Positions 31,901 to 44,414 of a DNA stretch of 64,000 bases are shown piece after piece. The stretch is from Eledone cirrhosa. Its lineage: Eukaryota. Under the pieces are notes generated by a model that was not told the origin of the DNA, searched no databases, and saw only the letters and a list, made by a program, of their open reading frames with translations. The position numbers and the translations under genes were made by a program. The stretch covers positions 128,340,001-128,404,000 of the forward strand of contig OZ024741.1 in the NCBI GenBank assembly GCA_964016885.1. Reading direction: 5' to 3'. Positions within the stretch are counted from its first letter, which is position 1. The number at the start of each line of letters is the position of its first letter.

Positions 31901-34615
31901 CACCAACGCCACCACCACCATCAGCACTGACATCGCCAACACCACCACCAACACCACCACCAACGCCACCACCACCACTAGCACTGACATCGCCAACACC
32001 ACCACCAACGCCACCACCACCACTAGCACCTACATCGCCAACACCAACACCAACACCACCACCACCACTAGCACTGACATCGCCAACACCACCACCAACG
32101 CCACCACCACCACTAGCACCTACATCGCCAACACCACCACCAACGCCACCACCACTAGCACTGACATCACCAACACCACCACCAACACCACCACCACCAC
32201 TAGCACCTACATCGCCAACACCACCACCAACGCCACCACCACCACTAGCACCTACATCGCCAACACCACCACCAACGCCACCACCACCACTAGCACTGAC
32301 ATCGCCAACACCACCACCAACACCACCACCACCACTAGCACCTACATCGCCAACACCACCACCAACGCCACCACCACCACTAGCACTGACATCGCCAACA
32401 CCACCACCAACACCACCACCACCACTAGCACCTACATCGCCAACACCACCACCAACGCCACCACCACCACTAGCACTGACATCGCCAACACCACCACCAA
32501 CGCCACCACCAACGCCACCACCACCACTAACACTGACATCGCCAACACCACCACCAACGCCACCACCACCACTAGCACCTACATCGCCAACACCACCACC
32601 AACGCCACCACCACCACTAGCACTGACATCGCCAACACCACCACCAACGCCACCACCACCACTAGCACCTACATCGCCAACACCACCACCAACGCCACCA
32701 CCACCACTAGCACTGACATCGCCAACACCACCACCAACGCCACCACCACCACTAGCACTGACATCGCCAACACCACCACCAACGCCACCACCACCACTAG
32801 CACCTACATCGCCAACACCACCACCAACGCCACCACCACCACTAGCACCTACATCGCCAACACCACCACCAACGCCATCACCACCACTAGCACTGACATC
32901 GCCAACACCACCACCAACGCCACCACCACCACTAGCACTGACATCGCCAACACCACCACCAACGCCACCACCACCACTAGCACCTACATCGCCAACACCA
33001 CCACCAACGCCACCACCACCACTAGCACCTACATCGCCAACACCACCACCAACGCCACCACCACCACTAGCACTGACATCGCCAACACCACCACCAACGC
33101 CACCACCACCACTAGCACCTACATCGCCAACACCACCACCAACGCCACCACCACCACTAGCACTGACATCGCCAACACCACCACCAACGCCACCACCACC
33201 ACTAGCGCCTACATCGCCAACACCACCACCTACACCACCACCAACGCCACCACCACCACGAGCGCTAACATCGACAACACCACCACCACCACCACCACCA
33301 ACACCACCACCAACGCCACCACCACCACTAGCACTGACATCACCAACACCACCACCAACACCACCACCACCACTAGCCACTAACATCGCCAACACCACCA
33401 CCAACACCACCACCTACACCACCACCAACGCCACCACCACCACTAGCACTAACATCGACAACACCACCACCACCACCACCACCACCACTAGCCACTGACA
33501 TCACCAACACCACCACCAACACCACCACCAACACCACCACCAACGCCACCACCACCACTAGCACTGACATCACCAACACCACCACCAACACCACCACCAA
33601 CGCCACCACTAGCACTAACATCGCCAACACCACCACCACCACCACCACCACCACTAGCCACTGACATCACCAACACCACCACCAACGCCACCACCACCAC
33701 TAGCACTGACATCGCCAACACCACCACCAACGCCACCACCACCACTAGCACCTACATCGCCAACACCACCACCAACGCCACCACCACCACTAGCACTGAC
33801 ATCGCCAACACCACCACCAACGCCACCACCACCACTAGCACCTACATCGCCAACACCACCACCAACGCCACCACCACCACTAGCACCTACATCGCCAACA
33901 CCACCACCAACGCCACCACCACCACTAGCACATACATCGCCAACACCACCACCAACGCCACCACCACCACTAGCACCTACATCGCCAACACCACCACCAA
34001 CGCCACCACCACCACTAGCCACTGACATCGCCAACACCACCACCAACACCACCACCACCACTAGCACCTACATCGCCAACACCACCACCAACGCCACCAC
34101 CACCACTAGCACTGACATCGCCAACACCACCACCAACGCCACCACCACCACTAGCACCTACATCGCCAACACCACCACCAACGCCACCACCACCACTAGC
34201 ACTGACATCGCCAACACCACCACCACTAGCACCTATATCGCCAACACCACCACCAACACCACCACCACCACTAGCACCTCCATCGCCAACACCACCACCA
34301 ACGCCACCACCACCACTAGCACCTACATCGCCAACACCACCACCAACGCCACCACCACCACTAGCACTGACATCGCCAACACCACCACCAACACCACCAC
34401 CACTGACACCATCACCACCACCACTGACATCACCAACACCACCACTAGCACTGACATCGCCAACACCACCACCAACGCCACCACTAGCACTGACAACATC
34501 AACACCACCACCAACACCACCACTAGCACTGACATCACCACCACCACCACCACCACCAACACCACCACCAACACTAGCACTGACATCACCACCAACACCA
34601 CCACCAACTTCACCA
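7965..34615. repeat. ~26 kb minisatellite/satellite array, 45-bp consensus ccaccaccactagcactgacatcgccaacaccaccaccaacgcca, degenerate at both edges
   Basis: Direct reading; variants agcactgac / agcacctac (45 bp), agccactgac (46 bp) and +12 bp units; homogeneous core ~8330-34380. Confidence 0.98.
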
Positions 34616-34828
34616 CGTCCACCTTCACAGCCCCCCCTACAATAAGCATCCCTCGAACACTTGAATTCTTTGAACTTTTTTTTTTGTCAAGCATGCCGCT
34701 CTAGATCTCACGCAATGCTAACCTACACGGTGGCAATCCACGGAATTCCACCATCAGATCCCCGGGGGGTTAGGGCAGGATGAGGTGATATATGGGGTGG
34801 GGTGGGGGTAACTATACAAATATTGACG

Positions 34829-34830
34829 GA

Positions 34831-34861
<31 letters not shown>

Positions 34862-35108
34862 ATGAAATAATAAAATAAATGAATAAATATACTGAACAAA
34901 AGATTAAAAGAAAATATTGAAAAAATAAAAAAAATAGCAACAACAATAACAACAACAATAAAGTATGAGAAGAGAAACCAACAACAACAACAACAACAAC
35001 AACAATAATATAAACAATAATAACAACAACAACAGCAAAAATGAGAATAACAAACAACAGTAACAATAACAACAGCAATAACAATAATAAAGCATGAGAA
35101 CAGAAACC

Positions 35109-35141
<33 letters not shown>

Positions 35142-35472
35142 ACCAACATTACCAACAATAAAATCAATAATAACAACAACAGCAGCAGCAATAGCAACAA
35201 CAACAGCAAAAACGAGAACAACAAACAACAGGAACAACACGAACAACAACAACAACAACAGCAAAAACGAGAACAACAAACAACAGGAACAACACGAACA
35301 ACAACAACAGCAATAGTAATAACAACAGCAAAAACAATAGCAACAAAAGCAACAAAAATGAAAACAACAACAATAACAACAGCAAGAGCAATAGCAATAG
35401 TAATAACAACAGCAACAACAACAACAACTACAATAGTACTAACAACAACAACAACAACAACAACAACTACAA
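34829..35472. repeat. (TAAA)n followed by degenerate (CAA)n/(CAG)/(TAA) low-complexity repeat
   Basis: Direct reading. Confidence 0.93.
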
Positions 35473-35554
35473 TGACTCAATTAAGTCTTCTCTACACATC
35501 TAACAGGGTTCAACTGGGGAAATTATGTTGTTCTTGTACATGCACGCAATCACG

Positions 35555-36030
35555 CACGTATACACACACACACACACGTGTGTACACGTATACACACACA
35601 CACACGCGTGTGTACACGTATACACACACACACACGCGTGTGTACACGTATACACACACACACACACGTGTGTACACGTATACACACACACACACGCGTG
35701 TGTACACGTATACACACACACACACGCGTGTGTACACGTATACATACACACACACGCGTGTGTACACGTATACATACACACACACACGTGTGTACACGTA
35801 TACACACACACACACACGTGTGTACACGTATACACACACACACACACGTGTGTACACGTATACACACACACACGCGTGTGTACACGTATACACACACACA
35901 CACACGTGTGTACACGTATACACACACACACACACGTGTGTACACGTATACACACACACACACACGTGTGTACACGTATACATACACATGTGTACACGTT
36001 TACACACACACATGTGTACACACATATACA
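35555..36030. repeat. 30-bp minisatellite (acacgtatacacacacacacacgcgtgtgt)n, alternating purine-pyrimidine
   Basis: About 15 units in exact 30-bp register. Confidence 0.96.
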
Positions 36031-36109
36031 CAGAGACCTACATATATACTCGCTTATTACCTATATACTCTTATTACCTATATATATGTGTATACACACA
36101 TACACGCAC

Positions 36110-36190
<81 letters not shown>

Positions 36191-36240
36191 AAATCTCGGT
36201 TACCCACTGTATGTATACAGATATGATTATATATATATGC

Positions 36241-36304
<64 letters not shown>

Positions 36305-36430
36305 GTATATATATATATATAAGAATTGAAATACTAGAGTGTGTTGTAGTTAAACACCCTCTTGGTATTATAGAAATGACAGTAAAGGTATAGCTCAATG
36401 TAATTAAACAGAGCATATATATATATATAT

Positions 36431-36614
36431 AGTTTTAATATAGATGAGATTCTACAGGACTAGAACTGTTTCATTCTTTAGAAATCATCAGGAATTTCTA
36501 AAGAATGGAACAGTTCTAGTCCTGTAGAATCTCATCTATATTAAAACTTTTATACTCTGCAATGTATTGAGTACCTTACTAACTGTGGTTACCTCCGATT
36601 CAACCCGGAATAAC
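36431..36614. mobile_element. Fold-back PLE-type fragment (family A)
   Basis: Near-perfect inverted arms 36431-36485 / 36494-36548 plus unique tail; flanked by (TA)n; related to 3496-3674. Confidence 0.8.
36449..36495 (-). ncRNA. Hammerhead ribozyme-like motif, type I, weak stem II
   Basis: Minus strand: attc-CTGATGA-tttctaaagaat-GAAA-cag(ttctagtc)ctg-TA-gaat; stems I and III pair, but the stem II closing pair is U-U. Confidence 0.6.
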
Positions 36615-36634
36615 GTACCTATATATATATATAT

Positions 36635-37013
<379 letters not shown>

Positions 37014-37093
37014 TATATATATTATATATTTATATATTTTTCCTTATATGTAAGTATACATATATATATTTATATATTTTTCCTTATATATAA

Positions 37094-37139
<46 letters not shown>

Positions 37140-37239
37140 ATGGTTAACCCAATTATGTGTGTATGATTTAGGTATGTATGCATATATGTATGTATGTATG
37201 TATGTATGTATAACCACGGCTATCGCTTTTTTTCCCCTC

Positions 37240-37271
<32 letters not shown>

Positions 37272-37424
37272 TTTGTACGCGATTAGTATGTTTTAAAAAA
37301 GTTGCACTCGCACTCCCGCTTTTCTCATTCACTGCCTGTCTCTCTGTCAGCCTGTCTGTGTGTATATATACAAATATATATAGAGAGAGATGGAGAGAGA
37401 AATTACGTCTACATGACTAGAACT

Positions 37425-37616
37425 GGGCGGTGGATTGGCAGTATCGGTAGAAGGTCGGACGCCATGCTTTGACGCATAGCGTTACGGCCCTTGCCATTCT
37501 GAGTTCAAATCCCGCCGAGGTTAACTATGCCTTTCATCCTTATGGAGTCGATAAAATAAAGTACCAGTAATACACTGGTTAATTGCTGGCTTTGTGCCAA
37601 AAAATAGAAGCAATTA
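37425..37616 (+). mobile_element. tRNA-derived SINE (family S1), full length
   Basis: A-box-like TGGCAGTATCGG, B-box-like GAGTTCAAATCCC, body gcctttcatcctta.gg.gtcgataaaataaagtaccag; multiple copies in window; resembles octopus SINEs. Confidence 0.88.
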
Positions 37617-37642
37617 TATATACATATGAAGATATATACACT

Positions 37643-37683
<41 letters not shown>

Positions 37684-37815
37684 CAAAGAAATATTTTCAT
37701 GTATTTGTGTGTGCATGTGTATGTGTGTGCGCGCGTGCGTTGAATATATATTACTGAGAAACAAACGACATGCTTATGATGTTACTGTTTGTTAAGGTAT
37801 ATATATATATATAAT

Positions 37816-37849
<34 letters not shown>

Positions 37850-37852
37850 AAT

Positions 37853-38387
37853 GAAAGGTATAGAAATTGTTTTAGCGAGAAGCTAATAGTATTCTATAAC
37901 ATCACGAGCTCATCAACAGCAGAGCTGAAACAGCGATAAGTTGTACACATCGCTTAAAAATATCCTTCTTCAGATGGGTTAAGGATGAAGAGTGAAATAG
38001 TACACTGGATCTCCCTGCAACAACTCTTAACACCCCGGCGGGCAGGCGCTGCAAAATAACACCCAGGAAACAATCCTTGCATACCAGACCCAGCCTCAGA
38101 CAAACAGATGCGGCAAAAAAAAAAAAAAAAAAAAAATTTGTCCGGGAAAGACTGCCCTAACACCGGCCAGAGTTACCTCCCTTGACCTGCTGCAAAATCA
38201 AAACAAGATATTTTTGCGAGCAATGAACCTTGATGTGGATTTAACCCCCAAAACTCTTTCCGAGCAATATAAGGAACGCTTGTGATTATTTATGCCCTTG
38301 AGAACCCCAACTGGGCGAAACGTACATAGGTGATATTTTAAATAAACATGTTTTAACGGTCTATTCTCCGATTTTTTACTTTCCCAC
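37853..38387 (+). mobile_element. Penelope-like element 3' fragment: decayed GIY-YIG C-terminus plus terminal repeat
   Basis: 37853-37995 reads ERYRNCFSEKLIVFY / (frameshift) HHELINSRAETAISCTHRLKISFFRWVKDEE*, matching the PLE C..EK..I...LIN.R.E....C.H motif; degenerate hammerhead at 38294-38331, then AATAAA. Confidence 0.7.
38294..38331 (+). ncRNA. Degenerate minimal hammerhead ribozyme
   Basis: gcc-CTTGAGA-accc(caact)gggc-GAAA-cgtaca-TA-ggt; core and stem III mutated. Confidence 0.45.
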
Positions 38388-38467
<80 letters not shown>

Positions 38468-38697
38468 GAATAATCGAGTATCGAAAAATCGGCGCACGAG
38501 TTCACGATAAACAAAATTCGAAATGAGCGGCAGAGGGCTCAATAATTCAGATAAATCAGAGCTATAACTATCGTTAAAATACCGACACACATAGAACATG
38601 TCTAAAATCAACCATACGACCGAAAAATTACGATCTGGAAGATTCGGGACACTCAGATAAAATATCAATAAATCAATAAATCAAATGAATGTAAAAC

Positions 38698-38820
38698 CGA
38701 AGGAAGTGTAGTAAGGAACCAGGCGGACTATAACGCACCAGAGTACTCGATACTTTGGCTAGTAGAGAGGGTAATAGGAAAAGAGTCAGAACCCCGACGG
38801 CAGAGCTCAAGCCGTTTCGA
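38698..38820 (-). mobile_element. Family C fragment
   Basis: Diverged reverse complement of 36779-36898. Confidence 0.75.
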
Positions 38821-39014
38821 CACACACACATATATATATATATACATATATATATATCGGGTGTGGGTGGGGGAAAGTTGATTACATCAACACCAATGCG
38901 TTACTGGTACTTTATTTTGTCGTCTCGGGAGGATGAAAAGCAGACACTCAACTCTCTCTGTCCAACGGGGAGATCTCCCACCCACTTTGGGGTGAGTGAG
39001 AATGTCTTCTCTTA

Positions 39015-39204
39015 GGGCGGTGGATTGGTAGTATAGGTAGAGGGTCGGACGCCATGCTTTTCAGCACAGTTACGTCCCTTTACGGACTGAGTTCAAAACC
39101 CGCCGAGGTTAACTTTGCCTTTCATCCTTACGGGGTCGATAAAATAAAGTACCAGTAATACACTGGGATAATTGCTGGCCTTGTGCCAAAAGTAGAAATA
39201 ATTA
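39015..39204 (+). mobile_element. tRNA-derived SINE (family S1), full length
   Basis: Colinear with 37425-37616 and 60358-60550. Confidence 0.88.
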
Positions 39205-39589
39205 TGGAAAATCTCCCTATTTTTCCTCATTTCTCCTTTTTTGGGGGCACTATTTTTTCATAGTACTCCCCGCTTGGGATTCTAGAGGTTGGCAGGTTTG
39301 CAGTACATGAATGGTATTTTCTCGATGTCATAAGAATGGAAGGCACAGTTGACCTCATAGCAAAACAATAACTAGAGCCACTATAGTAATTTCATTGAGA
39401 AAGGGCAGATAATTGTTATTGGCGTTACGGTTATTGCTGGTGTTGTTGTTGTTTAACCACATGTTTGTCTTCATCGCGCAAACATATGATTTAAAAACTT
39501 CCTGCCGTGACCTTCACCCCACGATTAGTAAAGAAAGAATGCATTATTTCTTTACTAATCGTGGGGTGAAGATTCCCAAAGAGCAATAA

Positions 39590-39690
39590 TGGTTTCTGTT
39601 TTAGGCACAAGTTCAACAATTTGAGGGAGGGGAAAGTCGATTATAGTGCATTACTGATACTTTATTTTATCGACCCCATAAGGATGAAAG
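39590..39690 (-). mobile_element. Diverged SINE fragment related to S1 (similar fragments at ~38870-38940 and ~59125-59178)
   Basis: ttactgatactttattttatcgaccccataaggatgaaag. Confidence 0.7.
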
Positions 39691-39727
39691 ACACTCAGAC
39701 TGTAAAAGGCCGTAACTCTATGCCACG

Positions 39728-39791
<64 letters not shown>

Positions 39792-40277
39792 TTGTGTGCA
39801 TGTTATGTATGTATGTATATATATATATATATACATTAACATATTGAAATTTGGCTACTATTACTATCATATCGAGCATACTGCTTAACTGCCACAGTGT
39901 TACATGTCCATCAGCTCTCCACTATTATGTGTAGCTCGATAGTTCCCTCTCTTTATGTCATACTTTATAAGTGTTTCAAAACATTTCTTGTTTCCGGTCT
40001 ATAACATGACATTCTGTCATTCAATGAAAAGCCCTGCACTTGTTAGCCAGAGCTTTATTGATAAACTCATTGTTTTCGTCAGATCAATCTTGGTCCTTGC
40101 TTCTTTTTGTTAGTTTACTGTCTTTCCACCACCTTTCCACCACCAAGGACTGTTGAAGGAGTCTTTACGTGGCTGTTCAGTCAGTGTGGATTTATATTTT
40201 TATTTACTAGGCCTGCAGGAAAGGGCAATACCCATGGCTTTCACAGCCTCACCGAGATCTGTGAGATTGAAGTTGTC

Positions 40278-40794
40278 AATGGAAAAAATGAAACGAAATT
40301 TCATTTCTCACTCTTAGTACGGCAGTTACTTAAATATAAGTATATACACGTACATACATATGTGTATACAGACGTACAGTAGTATGTATATATACATACA
40401 TGCACACATATATATATGTACGCATGGATTTACCGAACATTTATTATAATGTTCGGTTTGTTTGTAAACAAACAGCCCGAATTACGCCGTACAGTGCTCG
40501 GCAACCATCGTCGCCCTTTTGTTCAACACTGACAAAGGAACAATGTACTAGTTTCAAGCTTATTAGCTATCGTCAGCACCGTATACCTTCCTGCCAGATG
40601 ATTGAACGTCTGATGCATATTAACGGCTGAGCAGTCTAATTTGCATATCGAGTGAGTTAATCGGCCGGGCGCACCGAAAACGATAAATGGAAAAAATGAA
40701 ACGAAATTTCATTTCTCACTCTTAGTACGGCTGTTACTTAAATATAAGTATGTACACGTACATACATATATGTATACATAAGTTATCAAATATA

Positions 40795-40883
<89 letters not shown>

Positions 40884-41268
40884 AATAGAATGAAACGAAA
40901 TTTCATTTCTCACTCTTAGTACGACAGTTACTTAAATGTAAGTATGTATACGTATATACATATATGTATACAGACGTACAGTAGTATGTATATATATACA
41001 TACAAGCACACATATATATATATGCACGTATCGGTTTACCGAACATTTATTATAATGCATCCCGAATTACGCCGTACAGTGTTTAGGCAACCACGTCACC
41101 TTTTTGTTCAACACTGACACAGGAACGATGTACTAGTTTCAAGCTTATTAGCTATCGTCAGCACCCTATACCTTCCTGCCAGATGATTGAACGTCTGAAA
41201 GTATATACTCTCCTTATGCATATTAACGGGTGAGCAGCCTAATTTGCATATCGAGTGAGTTTAGTCAC
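40278..41268. repeat. Tandem direct repeat of a ~407-bp complex unit (about 2.3 copies, interrupted by (TA)n)
   Basis: atgaaacgaaatttcatttctcactcttagtacg recurs near 40288, 40696 and 40890; bodies 40278-40660 and 40881-41262 align. Confidence 0.9.
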
Positions 41269-41284
41269 TATATATATATATATC

Positions 41285-41354
<70 letters not shown>

Positions 41355-41397
41355 TGTATGTATATATGTATGTATATATATATATATATATATATAT

Positions 41398-41925
41398 TTA
41401 CAAACTACCCGGTTGAGTGCTTATTCGATTTGTGCTATCTATGCAATTGTTTGTATGATAAACACATACTGAATTGCTTTGCCAAAATATGGGGAATTTC
41501 CCCTTGTGACTTACGCATGTGCGTTTACTATGCTCTGCTTCACTCGCTAAGTTGGTTACAGAGCAGAGTTACTTGTTGATAACGTGATATTCCTTGTTCG
41601 ATCTTTATCCTGAAAGCTTATAGTTTTAAGCAGACAGTATTATTGATTTAGGTGTCATAGAAACCCTGCATTTGGATTTTACCACTAGTTCCATTTGGGT
41701 CCAGGTTTTTATCATTCATTTTGTTTGACCTGTTTAGCTTGATTTGTTGTTTTTTTGGCTTAGGTGGTTAATGCCTTCTTAACCACTTTTTCAGTTTGTA
41801 TGGCGTTTTAACATATTGTTTAGCTCTGGTTTTTTAACTATTGAGCGCTTGCCAGCATTTCTACAAATTTGCATTTCGTTTCGCTTTTTCTACCCGCCGA
41901 AATACGATTCTCGCTGAATTATATT
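41398..41925. mobile_element. Dispersed repeat (family B), second copy
   Basis: 41495-41925 closely matches 7037-7470; bounded by (TA)n. Confidence 0.8.
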
Positions 41926-42010
41926 TATATATATATATGTCGTTCGTCCTCTTGTCTATGATTTTCAGCCCCATGGATTTTATCTGTTATATTCCTTTGT
42001 TATATTTCGA

Positions 42011-42068
42011 ATACCTGATGATATCACCGGATTCATACGGAACCCGGTCATTGAAATGATCATAGTAT
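42011..42068 (+). ncRNA. Minimal type I hammerhead ribozyme (PLE-type) within a TA-flanked element at ~41939-42265
   Basis: atac-CTGATGA-[tatcaccggattc atacg gaacccggtcatt]-GAAA-tgatca-TA-gtat, immediately followed by AATAAA; palindromic stem III. Confidence 0.8.
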
Positions 42069-42291
42069 AATAAACCTTTCAAGGATTTACACAAGTCCAG
42101 CCTCCTGTTATTTTATTATAATAATTAACTCCGTACTCGCACCACCAACTACACAAACGAAGACGGGTGAGCTGCATTACATTGAGTACTCTCCATAATA
42201 TTACATCGAGATTGACCATACGGAATGACCAATTCTATCCAGTGGTGAACCAACAAACCTAAATAAATATATATATATAAATATATATATC

Positions 42292-42330
<39 letters not shown>

Positions 42331-42616
42331 TACATATATATATACGTGTATATATATACAGATAGACGGTGGAAGAGACAAAGAGAGAAAGAGGGGGGGG
42401 GGGAGGAACAGAGTTACTTAGATGGTATTATATTATATGAAAAAGGGGTGTGGGTCTTTTTTAAGTATGACATTGCTGAGAGGTATTATCTGGGGTGACC
42501 TGGTGGTGTCTGTGTTATTGGTGGTGGTGGAGATGGGATACTGTAACACGAAGTTGATGTGTTCATTCTCCTTTATTGTGTGCTCGCGTATATGTGTGAG
42601 ATAAATGTATGGTACG

Positions 42617-42674
<58 letters not shown>

Positions 42675-42877
42675 TCTGAATTTGTTTAGCAAGATTCTTT
42701 ATCTGAAAACGTGTGTTGAAACCGATATTGTTATACTTTGGGAGGGTCATGTTGCCAATAAGAAACACACGCACCAGTTGTTTCACTTCAATTTATTATA
42801 ATAAATTTATAAATTTAGGAATTTATAAATTTCCGGTTGGTTGGTTGGTTCCACAACCAGATGGTTGTTTATATATT

Positions 42878-42920
42878 GTCAAAGTTCTTTCGTCACACAT
42901 TCTGTGACCTCTTCAGTGAC
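42878..42920 (-). ncRNA. Minimal hammerhead-like motif (mirror copy)
   Basis: Exact reverse complement of 43051-43093. Confidence 0.6.
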
Positions 42921-43050
42921 TGGGGGTTCTTTTCTTTGTTTTTTGTGCCTCTCCTTTGTTCTGTCCTACGCCATCTATCCTACACACAAAAACAAGATGG
43001 CATAGGACAGAACAAAGGAGAGGCACAAAAAACAAAGAAAAGAACCCCCA

Positions 43051-43093
43051 GTCACTGAAGAGGTCACAGAATGTGTGACGAAAGAACTTTGAC
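43051..43093 (+). ncRNA. Minimal hammerhead-like motif
   Basis: gtca-CTGAAGA-g-gtcac(agaatgt)gtgac-GAAA-gaac-TT-tgac; stems I and II pair, one extra G before stem II, minimal stem III. Confidence 0.6.
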
Positions 43094-43412
43094 AATATAT
43101 AAACAACCATCTGGTTGTGGAACCAACCAACCAACCGGAAATTTATAAATTCCTAAATTTATAAATTTATTATAATAAATTGAAGTGAAAGCAACTGGTG
43201 CGTGTGTTTCTTATTGGCAACATGACCCTCCCAAAGTATAACAATATATATATATATATTGGTAAAAGGAAAAGAAAATGCTGACAAATTGTTCCCAGTG
43301 AAAAATAGTTTAATTAGGAATAAGTAAAAATTAGTAATAAGTATTGGTTAGTATTCAGTTTTAGTTTTAAGTTTTTACCGGTTGCGCATTTCTAATGCTT
43401 TTCAAAAATATC

Positions 43413-43997
<585 letters not shown>

Positions 43998-44100
43998 AGG
44001 AGGTGAGTTTTATTGTAGTACAATAAAGCAATGCAGATATCGGATAAGAAGCACTCTACAGTTTGTAGGACTGGAGTATACATAATATATAAGAACAGAA

Positions 44101-44400
<300 letters not shown>

Positions 44401-44414
44401 TTCATGGGGATGCT

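Larger units (their letters stand above)
42725..43247. mobile_element. Near-perfect ~520-bp palindrome (PLE inverted terminal repeats, family D)
   Basis: Arms 42725-42976 / 42995-43247 with an 18-nt loop; each arm carries a hammerhead-like motif. Confidence 0.9.

Noticed and set aside
8330-34380. CRISPR array or Gly-rich/Thr-rich protein gene in the 45-bp array
   Set aside because: No unique spacers and no cas genes; 46-bp units break every frame repeatedly
34762-34808. Telomeric seed or G-quadruplex at the satellite edge
   Set aside because: Only one TTAGGG; G-runs are present but nothing supports function
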